Of a stretch of 48,548 bases of DNA, positions 1 through 8,499 are shown piece after piece; position 1 is the first letter of the stretch; each line of letters begins with the position of its first letter. The position numbers and the translations under genes were made by a program. The stretch lies in contig JAYUKI010000687.1 in assembly GCA_043764595.1 (NCBI GenBank), positions 1-48,548 on the forward strand, written 5' to 3'. The notes beneath the pieces were generated by a model. The model saw only the letters and a list, made by a program, of their open reading frames with translations, was not told where the DNA came from and did not search any database. Source of the DNA: Myxococcales bacterium (lineage in GTDB: Bacteria > Myxococcota_A > Polyangia > Polyangiales > Polyangiaceae).

Positions 1-2102
1 CGGCCCTGCTCGATGGACCCCACGATCGTCGAGAAGTCGTCGTCGGTAATCACCATGTCCGAGGCCTCTTTGGCGACCTCGGTGCCGCGAATGCCCATGG
101 CAATGCCAATGTCCGCTTTGCGGAGCGCGGGCGCGTCGTTCACGCCGTCGCCCGTCATGGCGACCACTTGCCCGTTTCGCTGGAGCGCATCCACGATCAA
201 GAGCTTGTGCTCGGGAGATACTCGAGCAAAAACCGAAGTCTTTTTGACGACCTCGCTCCACGCTTCTGGGCTGAGCCCCTCGAGTGCGCGTGCGTGCACC
301 GTCCGTAGGGGGTTTCCGTCGGAGTCCTTGTCGAGCCCGAGCTGCCGCGCAATCTCCGCGGCGGTGGCTTCCTGATCTCCCGTGATCATGATGGCCCGAA
401 GTCCCGCCCCTTGGCACGTGGCGATGGTGTCCCGCGTTCCGTCGCGGAGCGGATCGATCATTCCCACGAGCCCGACGAACACGAGCTCGCGCTTTCGATC
501 GTCGTCTCCGTAGCCCGAAGGCAGCTCGCGGTAGGCGAGTCCGAGGACTCGGAGCGCGCCCGCCGCCAGCGCGTCGTTCGCGTCATGTGCGGCCTTCTTC
601 GACGCTTTGGAAGTGGGCTCGGGACCCTCCTTTCCGAGCACGAAGGTGCTCGCGGCGAGCACCGAAGCGGGCGCCCCCTTCACGTAGGCCACGGCCTTGC
701 CGTCGGGCGTCGTGTGCACGGTCACCATGAGCTTGTCTTCGCTGCCGAAGGGGACCTCCGCGATGCGCGGGTAGTCGCGCTCGAGCGTCGCCTGTTCGAG
801 CCCCGCCTTCTCGCTCGCGACGATGAGCGCGGCCTCGGTAGGATCGCCGAGAACCTTCGTTCCGTCCCCCGAGCGATCGATTTTGGCATCGTTGCACAGT
901 GCGCCAATGCGGATGGCGAGACGCAAACGCTCTTCGTTCGGCGACGCGCCATTCGTCTCGATGGGGTTGCCGTCGGACTCGAAGCGTCCTTCGGGCGAAT
1001 ATCCGGTCCCCGTGACCTCGATGCGCTGGCCGCCGAAGTCGTAGGCGCGCACGGTCATTTCGTTCCGCGTCAAGGTTCCGGTTTTGTCGGTGCAAATGAC
1101 GGTGGTCGAGCCAAGTGCTTCCACTGCGGGGAGGCGTCGAACGAGCGCGTGCATGCGCGCCATTCGCTGCATTCCTACGGCCAAGGTCATCGTCGTGACG
1201 GCCAATAGCCCCTCGGGAACGGCGGCGATCGAGAGTGAAACCCCGACCTCGACCATGTGGAGCAGCTTTTGTCCGCGAAGCCACCCGACGACCACGATGA
1301 CGGCACAGAGCACGAGCACGACGACCACGAGCGCCCGGCTCAGTTGGCCTAGCTTGGCTTCGAGGGGGGTGCCACGGTCGACCGCGCCCTCCACCAGAGC
1401 GCCGACCTTGCCCATTTCGGTCGTTTTGCCCGTCGCCGTAACCACGAATCCGCCGCGCCCGTCGGTGACGGCCGTACCCATGTGCACCATGCCGACGCGG
1501 TCCCCCAACGCGACCGACGATTCTGCGACCGAGTCCGGCGACTTCGCCACTGCGGCCGACTCGCCCGTCAGGGCCGACTCGTCCACTTGCAGGCGCGCCC
1601 CGTCGAACACACGACCGTCCGCCGGAACCCGATCGCCCGCGCCGAGCAATACGACGTCCCCAGGAACGAGCTCCTCCGCGGGGACCTCACGCTCTTCCCC
1701 GTCACGAAGCACTCGCGCCACAAAAGTGGTCTCTCGTCTCAAGCCCTCCAACGCACGCGCTGCTTTCCACTCCGTGATCGAGCCAATCGCAGCGTTCAGT
1801 AGGATCACGACGACGATGGCAGAAGCTTCCAGCCATTCTCCGAGCACGCCGGCGACAATGGTGGCCACGACCAGCAGGCTGACCATGAGGCTCTTGAACT
1901 GATGAAGGACAATGGACGTCAGCGACTTTGTTTTGGCTTCGCCGAGCGCGTTCGGGCCATAACGGCCGAGCCGGGTCTGCGCCTCCGCGTCCGATAGGCC
2001 GCGGGCCAGGTCGGTACCGAGCGAAGTAGCGGCTTCTTCTGCCGGACGGGTGTGCCAATCGGTCTTCGGAACGGCGCCTTCTGCCGTGTGTTTCGCGGTC
2101 AA
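1..2102 (-). CDS. P2-type cation-transporting P-type ATPase (Ca2+-ATPase-like). The C-terminal part runs off the left edge of the window.
   Basis: Absent from the ORF track because it has no stop in the window. My minus-strand translation gives [14 protein letters not shown] (PEGL type), [10 protein letters not shown] (about 1060-1100) and [22 protein letters not shown] (about 95-165). The N-terminal cation-ATPase domain ([37 protein letters not shown]) begins just after a TTG at 2102-2100. No ATG or GTG lies in frame nearby. Confidence 0.9.
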   Translation of the reverse strand, partial: MTAKHTAEGAVPKTDWHTRPAEEAATSLGTDLARGLSDAEAQTRLGRYGPNALGEAKTKSLTSIVLHQFKSLMVSLLVVATIVAGVLGEWLEASAIVVVILLNAAIGSITEWKAARALEGLRRETTFVARVLRDGEEREVPAEELVPGDVVLLGAGDRVPADGRVFDGARLQVDESALTGESAAVAKSPDSVAESSVALGDRVGMVHMGTAVTDGRGGFVVTATGKTTEMGKVGALVEGAVDRGTPLEAKLGQLSRALVVVVLVLCAVIVVVGWLRGQKLLHMVEVGVSLSIAAVPEGLLAVTTMTLAVGMQRMARMHALVRRLPAVEALGSTTVICTDKTGTLTRNEMTVRAYDFGGQRIEVTGTGYSPEGRFESDGNPIETNGASPNEERLRLAIRIGALCNDAKIDRSGDGTKVLGDPTEAALIVASEKAGLEQATLERDYPRIAEVPFGSEDKLMVTVHTTPDGKAVAYVKGAPASVLAASTFVLGKEGPEPTSKASKKAAHDANDALAAGALRVLGLAYRELPSGYGDDDRKRELVFVGLVGMIDPLRDGTRDTIATCQGAGLRAIMITGDQEATAAEIARQLGLDKDSDGNPLRTVHARALEGLSPEAWSEVVKKTSVFARVSPEHKLLIVDALQRNGQVVAMTGDGVNDAPALRKADIGIAMGIRGTEVAKEASDMVITDDDFSTIVGSIEQG

Positions 2103-2290
2103 TGCGCGCCGTGAGCCTGGTGGATGGCGTCGCGTAGCGATGCGACGGCGATCTGGACGGTGGCCCCTTCGGCGCCAAAGCGCATCTCCGGAGAGTAGGC
2201 CGAGAATCCAAGGGCCGTTTTCATCACCCGGTAGGCGAACGTCGTCGCAGGCCGGGGAATCGTAGACTGGGTGTCCCCGCAACGCTTCAT
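2099..2290 (-). CDS. Candidate small ORF, 63 aa from ATG 2290 or 41 aa from ATG 2224. Its stop overlaps the ATPase start.
   Basis: This is the tail of shadow ORF 2099..3769. It lies in the 334-nt gap between the protease stop and the ATPase start. Peptide: [63 protein letters not shown]. My hand count of GC1/GC2/GC3 is about 62/56/78 percent, which is coding-like. Its TGA (2101-2099) overlaps the ATPase TTG (2102-2100) as TTGA. I recognise no family. Confidence 0.3.
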   Translation of the reverse strand: MKRCGDTQSTIPRPATTFAYRVMKTALGFSAYSPEMRFGAEGATVQIAVASLRDAIHQAHGAH

Positions 2291-2436
2291 GCCGAGGTCC
2301 CTGCACGAGCCGTGCCTAGGATTCGGGGCTGTTCGTAGATCGCTTCGGCTTGCGGCCCCTTCAAAACGATGGAGACCCCATCGAACCGAAGGTCTGCCTG
2401 CCGGCTCTGGTTGGTGCGGCTGCCGTTCCGTCCCAC

Positions 2437-4167
2437 TCAGGGGCAGGTTTTCGTCGTTCCGTTGCACGTCCGGTTCACCGCGCAGGCTCTTCCTTTGGCG
2501 AGCAATTGGTCGCGTGGACACGTGGTGGATGCGCCCGTGCAGGCTTCCGCCACGTCGCAGGGGCCCGTGGCCGCACGGCACGACGTGCCCGCCCGCGCGG
2601 TCGTATGGAGGCACTTCGTGCCATCCCACAGGTCCACAGTGCACGCATTTTTGTCGTCGCAGTCGAGAATCGTGCGCACGAAGGTCTTGATGGGAGTGTT
2701 CGCCCGCCAAACCACGGCAGCGTCCGTCCAGCTCGATCCGTTGCTGCTCACGAAGCTCGTTCCGGGGACCGCCACGACTTTCGACGAGTATCCCGAGAAG
2801 GGGTATTCGAGTGGCACATACGAGGGGGCTTGGGGATAGGTCACCCCGATGACGATCCCGTACTTTCGGCCCTTGACGAGGGGAGCACTGATTCCAGCGA
2901 GCGTAGCCGTGTGGTAGCCGGCCCACGGCTCGTCCACTTGCCGAGTGCCCAGCTTCGTGCCCGTGGTGGGCCCCGTCGTCGTGCCCTCGTACACCGAGAT
3001 GGTGACCGTCGCCGATCGGGCGGCCGTGTAAAATCCGACCGATTGCAGGAGGCCTGGTCCAGCCGCCGTGATTACGCTTGCACCGAAGGACTGGCGGGTG
3101 CCGTAAGAAAGGGCGGTGGTCTGCCCGAGCTTGTCGTAGCCGTAGATCCTGTCGTATTCGGTTGGAGCGCCGAACGACGCAAACGCCACGTTCGAACGTC
3201 CGATGTAGGCGTCGTGGTACGAGACCCAGAAGTAGCCTTGCTGGCCGAAGCCGGTGCCCCAGCTGTTGCGCACGAGGAACGCGCCATTCTGGGGAGCCCC
3301 TGGAACGAAGCTTTGCGCCGGAAAGGCATCGTCCCAGCCCACGAGGTCGACGGCGTGGTTCGCGGTTTGGCGCGGGCCGGCGTCGTAGAAGGCATGGGTT
3401 TGGGTGCGGAATGCCGCGCTGGTCCAGCGCATCGTGGTGTACAGCGCGCCATACGTCATGATCGCAGACTTGAGTGTGTCGTTGTCCGTAGCGCTCGTGC
3501 GGTCCGGGAGCACGAGTCCTTCTTTCAAGTACTTCTTCGGAGAAGGCGAGCTTCCGAGCGGCCTCACCGTACCCGTGTACGGTATGTCGCTTTCGGCGAC
3601 CGGGCCGCTGCCGCGCGTCATATAGGCCATGCTCATGAACGCGTTGCCCCCGTCGCACGGGGCTACGTCGAATCCGTGCGAGAGGTTCACGTGCTCTTCG
3701 GAAAAATTCCACGTCTCGCCGGGCAGCAAGCCAGACTCCCCAGAAGCCAGCGAGGCGAATGCCCAGCACGAGCCACAGCTCCCCTGGTTTCGCACGGCGT
3801 TCAGTTTTCGCGCCGTGCGTAGATCGAACCTCGCCGGGAGGATGGGCGCCATCACCACGGGCACCCGGTCTTGGGCCAAATCGGGAATGGTCACGGGAGC
3901 GGGAAAGTAGCCGAGAGAAAGCTCGGTCGGCCCATCGGACGAACGCTCTACCGCCTTCGCTCTGGGATCGAACGAAGGCAAGAGAAGGCTAGGCTCGGCC
4001 TCCGGAGTGCCTTCCGCCGGTTCTGCGGTCTCCTTTGGCTCATCGCTCGGAGCGGCCGCGTTTTGCGAGGGCATGTCGCTGCAGGCAAGAAAGGCGCTGC
4101 TGCCAAGGACGAAGAGCGTGCCCAGCATCGAATCGCGAGCGGGGCGTAAGTGGCGTGTCCTGGGCAT
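2437..4167 (-). CDS. Secreted papain-family (C1) cysteine peptidase lipoprotein with a beta-rich middle region and a Cys-rich C-terminal tail.
   Basis: QGSCGSCWAF catalytic-Cys motif, a downstream NHAV (His) and NSWG. Signal peptide plus lipobox: MPRTRHL...LGSSAFLAC|SD. The C-terminal tail is CDDKNACTVDLWDGTKC...CDVAEACTG. The ORF-track start at 4188 is TTG. ATG 4167 gives a normal signal peptide. Confidence 0.88.
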   Translation of the reverse strand: MPRTRHLRPARDSMLGTLFVLGSSAFLACSDMPSQNAAAPSDEPKETAEPAEGTPEAEPSLLLPSFDPRAKAVERSSDGPTELSLGYFPAPVTIPDLAQDRVPVVMAPILPARFDLRTARKLNAVRNQGSCGSCWAFASLASGESGLLPGETWNFSEEHVNLSHGFDVAPCDGGNAFMSMAYMTRGSGPVAESDIPYTGTVRPLGSSPSPKKYLKEGLVLPDRTSATDNDTLKSAIMTYGALYTTMRWTSAAFRTQTHAFYDAGPRQTANHAVDLVGWDDAFPAQSFVPGAPQNGAFLVRNSWGTGFGQQGYFWVSYHDAYIGRSNVAFASFGAPTEYDRIYGYDKLGQTTALSYGTRQSFGASVITAAGPGLLQSVGFYTAARSATVTISVYEGTTTGPTTGTKLGTRQVDEPWAGYHTATLAGISAPLVKGRKYGIVIGVTYPQAPSYVPLEYPFSGYSSKVVAVPGTSFVSSNGSSWTDAAVVWRANTPIKTFVRTILDCDDKNACTVDLWDGTKCLHTTARAGTSCRAATGPCDVAEACTGASTTCPRDQLLAKGRACAVNRTCNGTTKTCP

Positions 4168-4540
4168 CGGGTTCTCCGTCGTGGCCAAACGGTTTCGTTC
4201 TTGTGGCTCGCAGCGCAGCGAGCGGCTCGGCCTGGATATCGTTCTGCCGCCGGTGGATCACGGCGAAATCCAGGTTGAAAGGGGCTGCCAGCGTGAACGG
4301 TCGGTCCGGCCTTCCCTTGAGCCCAAACGGATCCGAACGCCCAACGGCACGGGGCAGCGAACAGGCTCCCCAAGCGGTTCGAAGTGTTTGAAATTCTTGG
4401 GATCCCAAAGCCTCGCTCCATCCTTCCTCTACCCCTCGTTCGCCTCGGCGTTGCGTACACGCGCACGCACCCACGCACCCTCGTCGTGTGGGAGCGGCCT
4501 CTCCATGACAGGATTCTGACAGGGGAGGCGCGGCGTCCGC

Positions 4541-5374
4541 GTGGCAGATCGCGTAGGCTGCGCGCCCATGATGTCGTCCGAGCTCCCGCTTTCCGCGATC
4601 GACGCGCTGCCCAGCGCACGGCCCCTCAAGTCCTCGGTGGCGCGCTATGCGGCCGGCTTCGGGCTCATCGCGGCGGTCTCCACCGTGGGCATGCCGCTCG
4701 CCATCTCGCTTTTGCCTTCGCGGGTCTTGCGCATCAAGCTCACGAACCTGCTCGGGCACATCACCGGCAAGGCCATCACGCACATTGCCGGAGCGGTTCC
4801 GGAGTTCAAGAACCGGGAGCGCATCGAGCAGACGTTTCCGGCGATCTACGTGATGAACCACACGTCCACGTTGGACCTCTTCTTGGCCATTTGGCTCTGC
4901 CCAGTCGGCGGTTGTGGAGTGACCAAAAAGGAAGTCGAAAAGATTCCCTTCTTGGGTCAGCTCTACAAGCTCTCCGGGCACCTCATGCTCGACCGCGGCG
5001 ACCGCGCGCAGTCCGTCGGCGCCCTCACCGAGGTGGCCGAGCTCATGAAGAAGCACAACCTCGGACTATGGATTCTTCCGGAGGGAACGCGTAGCCACGA
5101 CGGCATGCTGAAGCCCTTCAAGTCCGGCTTCGTTCACCTCGCGATTGCCACCAAGCTTCCCATCGTACCTGTCGTCGTGCACGGCGCGAACCGCATTTGG
5201 CCGAAGAAGGGTGGGCTCCATGCCGGCACTCTTCCGATCGAAATCCTCGAGCCCATCGACACCAAATCGTGGACGGCCGAGACGTCCCGCGATCATGCGC
5301 AAGCGGTCCACGAGATCATGGCGCGCGCCCTCGGCCAGATGCCCCCCGTGGGCGAGGTCGTCGCCCAGGCGTAG
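4541..5374 (+). CDS. plsC: 1-acyl-sn-glycerol-3-phosphate acyltransferase (PlsC family).
   Basis: NHTSTLD (HX4D motif I), FLGQLYK and PEGTRS (motif III), with an N-terminal TM segment. The start is uncertain. GTG 4541 has GGGGAGG 12 nt upstream. ATG 4568 is the alternative. Confidence 0.85.
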   Translation: MADRVGCAPMMSSELPLSAIDALPSARPLKSSVARYAAGFGLIAAVSTVGMPLAISLLPSRVLRIKLTNLLGHITGKAITHIAGAVPEFKNRERIEQTFPAIYVMNHTSTLDLFLAIWLCPVGGCGVTKKEVEKIPFLGQLYKLSGHLMLDRGDRAQSVGALTEVAELMKKHNLGLWILPEGTRSHDGMLKPFKSGFVHLAIATKLPIVPVVVHGANRIWPKKGGLHAGTLPIEILEPIDTKSWTAETSRDHAQAVHEIMARALGQMPPVGEVVAQA

Positions 5375-5407
5375 CCGCTGCCGGCACTCCACGTTCGAGG
5401 AATTGCG

Positions 5408-5701
5408 ATGAACCTGGAAGAGGCCGCGGACGCCGTCTTGCGCCACCTTGGACAACGAGGTGTAGGCGAGCCCGGCGGAATCGCACTCATTCCTTCGTGC
5501 ACGATCGAGAAGCCCTATGGATGGGTCTTTTCGTACAACTCTCGGGAGTATGTCGAGACGGGGAACATCCTGAGCGCACTGTGCGGTCAGGGCCCGGTCC
5601 TCGTGCTGGCCACAGGCGAGATCGTGGAGTTTGGGTCGGCGTTGCCGGGCAACGAGCAGATTCGGCTTTTCGAGAAGGAACGCGGGCTTTCCACCCGCTA
5701 A
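5408..5701 (+). CDS. YrhB-like small protein (Imm35-type predicted immunity protein fold).
   Basis: 97 aa. KPYGWVFSYNSREYVETGN...LCGQGPVLVLATGEIVEFGS matches my memory of the YrhB/Imm35 pattern (GWvF.y.s..y..tg, G.gP..V....Ge). GAGGA lies 8 nt upstream of the ATG. Confidence 0.55.
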   Translation: MNLEEAADAVLRHLGQRGVGEPGGIALIPSCTIEKPYGWVFSYNSREYVETGNILSALCGQGPVLVLATGEIVEFGSALPGNEQIRLFEKERGLSTR

Positions 5702-5872
5702 AAGCATCGAGGACCCTGAGTCGAGCTCGTCTCGGACACGGGACTGTCATGGTCCCTCACCGTTGCCAGAAGCGAGCGATCCTTGGGAAACCACCGGGTC
5801 ACCGTGCCGGGCGAGCTTCGCGAGGCCACGAACGCGCTCCCGTGCCGGCGCATTTTCGGGCAGGATTCTCCG

Positions 5873-7018
5873 ATGACTGCGCTCCCGGTTCCCCCTGGCG
5901 AGACGGCCGAGCCCAAGCTCGGGCCGAGCCTCGGAGCGCGCGTAGGCGAGTTTTTGCTCACGGGAGGGATCACTCCGATTCTTTTTCTCGTCTCGTGGCT
6001 CATGCGGAAGTCCCTCGGGCTCGATGCGGCCGAATACGCCGTGGGCTTCACGATGTTCCACGCGGCGCACGTGATCAACGATCCGCACTTCACCGTCACG
6101 TATTGCCTTTTCTACGAGGACGCCAAAGACCGTGCTTTCGGAGATGCCTTTCCCAAAGGGCAGAGACTTCGCTACGTGCTGGTTGCGTTCGTCGTGCCCC
6201 TCGTGCTCGTGGGCTGGGCGGTCGCCGCCTTGGCGATGAAATCGGCCGTCGTGCTCGGCGCGCTCGTTCAGGTCATGTTCCTTTTGGTGGGTTGGCACTA
6301 CGTCAAACAAGGATTTGGCGTGATGACCGTGCTTTCGGCGCGAAGAGGCGTCTTCTATTCGCCGCGCGAGCGGTTCGCCCTCTTGGCGCATTGTTTTGCG
6401 GGATGGGCGTATGCGTGGGCAAGTCCAGCCGATCCGGGCACGGAGGTCGAAGAGAAGGGGGTCGTGTTCAAGACGTGGGCAAGATCCCTCGCGCTCGAGC
6501 GCTTCACATTCGCCGTGTTCCTAGCCACGATTCCGCCGCTCGCCTTTTTGCTTTTTCTGAAGTGGAGACGGGAAGGGCGACTTCCCATCGCGACTCCCCT
6601 CATGGCCCTCTTGTGCAGCGTCTGGGCGTGGTCCATCTATTCGGGAATCGACCCTCTCGTGCGGTACGTGAACCCCGCGCTCCATTCGCTTCAATACCTT
6701 TTCATGGTGAGGCTCTTGAAAGGAAACGAAGCGAAAGAAATGGAAGGGCCTCCGCACTTCGAGATGTCGAAAAAGGCACGTCTCGGGGTTTTGGCCGCCA
6801 CGGCGCTCGGTCTCGGGCTCGTGGTGTTCCATGGGGCACCACAAGCCCTCGATGCCATCCTCGTCGCGAAGAAGGACCGCTTCACGGACCTCGGGCCTAC
6901 GCCCTATTTTGCTGCCATCTACGTGGTCGTGAACCTCCACCACTACTTCATGGACACGGTCCTGTGGCGCAAAGAGAACCCCAAAACGCGGTATCTGCGC
7001 GATGCGCGCGATGCCTGA
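5873..7018 (+). CDS. Polytopic membrane protein (about 9 TM) with several conserved-looking His motifs. Function unknown.
   Basis: Hydrophobic segments run throughout. Motifs: FHAAHVINDPHF, GWHYVKQGFG, ALHSLQYL, NLHHYFMDTVLW. The ORF-track start at 5783 is TTG. The first ATG is 5873 (MTALPVPP). Confidence 0.6.
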   Translation: MTALPVPPGETAEPKLGPSLGARVGEFLLTGGITPILFLVSWLMRKSLGLDAAEYAVGFTMFHAAHVINDPHFTVTYCLFYEDAKDRAFGDAFPKGQRLRYVLVAFVVPLVLVGWAVAALAMKSAVVLGALVQVMFLLVGWHYVKQGFGVMTVLSARRGVFYSPRERFALLAHCFAGWAYAWASPADPGTEVEEKGVVFKTWARSLALERFTFAVFLATIPPLAFLLFLKWRREGRLPIATPLMALLCSVWAWSIYSGIDPLVRYVNPALHSLQYLFMVRLLKGNEAKEMEGPPHFEMSKKARLGVLAATALGLGLVVFHGAPQALDAILVAKKDRFTDLGPTPYFAAIYVVVNLHHYFMDTVLWRKENPKTRYLRDARDA

Positions 7019-7067
7019 GCGACGCCCGCTTGCGTGCCAAGGAGAGGGGGGGCATCCTTCGAGGCCG

Positions 7068-7784
7068 ATGAAGCGGTCCAGGACGTTCATGCCATTCGCC
7101 AGCTCACGTGCATGTTCCTTTGGGGCCACGGTGGCCACAGTGCTCTTTTCTTCGGCCTGCTCGCGGGAGCACGTTCCCGTTCCCGTTCCCGTTCCCGTTC
7201 CCGTTCCCGTTCCCGTTCCCGCTCCCGCTCCCCAGGCCGCGCCTGCATCGTCGAGCTGGCCTATGTTGCCCGCCTCGGGCGCACTCCCCGCGTACCTCGT
7301 GCGGCTCGAGGCCTCGGGGGATCTCTATGCCCGTGTGGGCGCTTCAATCGTGCCCGCGCCCGAAGTCGACCACGCCGTTCTTCGGGGCTATCCGCGTTGG
7401 GTCGACAAGGGCGTCGTGGATCTCCCCTCCGGCGAGCGCTTGACGATTCTCACGTCGAAGAGAGTCTATTCGGCCGGGGAGGACGTTCGAATCGTTCACG
7501 TCCACGAAGCCACCAAACCGGGAGTGGAGCTCTACGTCATGGGACCGAAGGCCATCTACGGGGAGTACGTCGACGGAAAGCTCGCGAGCCCCGCCGCCGT
7601 AGCCCCGCCGGGGCCCTACGACGGCGCGGTCGTGCAGAGCCCTGGGGTGGACCACAACTACGAAGTCAGCGTGCACCGGCTTCCTGCCGGCAGGCACACG
7701 ATCGAATGGCGCTTTGCGACGTCCCCCTGGGGCCCGCGGCCGACGGCGCTCCGCTCGAACGTGCTCACAATCGAGGTTCGCTGA
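7068..7784 (+). CDS. Lipoprotein of unknown function with a (VP)8(AP)2 linker.
   Basis: MKRSRTFMPF...TVLFSSAC|S carries a signal peptide and lipobox, followed by the repeat linker and then a beta-rich domain. ATG 7068 is preferred over 7002 because it gives a proper signal peptide. Confidence 0.65.
   Translation: MKRSRTFMPFASSRACSFGATVATVLFSSACSREHVPVPVPVPVPVPVPVPAPAPQAAPASSSWPMLPASGALPAYLVRLEASGDLYARVGASIVPAPEVDHAVLRGYPRWVDKGVVDLPSGERLTILTSKRVYSAGEDVRIVHVHEATKPGVELYVMGPKAIYGEYVDGKLASPAAVAPPGPYDGAVVQSPGVDHNYEVSVHRLPAGRHTIEWRFATSPWGPRPTALRSNVLTIEVR
7173..7232 (+). repeat. Perfect hexanucleotide microsatellite (GTTCCC)x8 followed by (GCTCCC)x2, inside the lipoprotein CDS.
   Basis: Read directly from the sequence. 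7173-7220 is eight perfect GTTCCC units and 7221-7232 is two GCTCCC units. In frame they encode VPVPVPVPVPVPVPVPAPAP. Confidence 0.97.
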
Positions 7785-7881
7785 CGCAGGAAGGTGCTCG
7801 ATGGAGCGTGATTTGGCGGCGCGCGGACGGTTTCGGACCCTCGGTTCTGCGACGTGCGGACGGTCTGCTACGCTTCGACGG

Positions 7882-8481
7882 ATGCGAAGCTTTCCAATCG
7901 AGCTACGTGTGCGCACCCCGTGCGACGTGCCCTCGGACGTGCTGATGGACTCCGAAGAAGGCTACTACTGCCAATCGTGCGAGAAGGTCGTGCACGATCT
8001 CTCGCGGCTCACGTTCGACGAGGCCGAAGCCCTCTTTCGTTCGGCGCGTCGTCATGGGGCGCGTGTGTGCGCACAAATGCTCGTACGCAAAGCCGATGGC
8101 GCGATCTTACTCGCCGATGGATATGCCTCTCCGCCTTCGGCAAAACGGAGACTTCCGCTTGCGGCCCATTCGATGGCCGCGGCCGGCGCGGTGATGCTTG
8201 CGGCCTGCGCCAATACGCCTCAGCCCATTCCCGAGCTCCCGATGGCCTCCAGCGCGGCTCCCGTATCCCAGCCGAGCCCATCCCCGATCGAGCCGATTCC
8301 AGCCCCCGTAGCGGCAGCACCGCCGCCCGTCGAGCCCATGGGTGGCGTTGAAACCGAGCCCGAATTTCCCGCGCCACAGGTCGTCCCACAGGCCGTCTCG
8401 AAGGGGCCCGCCCACCCGCCGCAAAAGCCCAAAGGCAAAAAGCCCAATCATCAAATGATGCGTGGCGACGTCGCTCTTTGA
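7882..8481 (+). CDS. Hypothetical protein with an N-terminal Cys motif domain, a TM/lipobox-like segment and a Pro-rich tail.
   Basis: MRSFPIELRVRTPCDV...YYCQSCEKVVHDLSRLT, then AAAGAVMLAAC, then a Pro/Ala-rich low-complexity region. The start is uncertain (7801 or 7882). Confidence 0.5.
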   Translation: MRSFPIELRVRTPCDVPSDVLMDSEEGYYCQSCEKVVHDLSRLTFDEAEALFRSARRHGARVCAQMLVRKADGAILLADGYASPPSAKRRLPLAAHSMAAAGAVMLAACANTPQPIPELPMASSAAPVSQPSPSPIEPIPAPVAAAPPPVEPMGGVETEPEFPAPQVVPQAVSKGPAHPPQKPKGKKPNHQMMRGDVAL

Positions 8482-8499
8482 CGTCGTATCCCTCGAGGC

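Noticed and set aside
2099-3822. Long ORFs 2099..3769 (-, 556 aa) and 2350..3822 (+, 490 aa) overlapping the protease gene.
   Set aside because: They are Arg/Pro/Gly-rich shadow frames of the real C1-peptidase CDS (2437..4167), as is typical of high-GC DNA. Only the last 63 codons of 2099..3769, outside the protease gene, are kept as a speculative small ORF.
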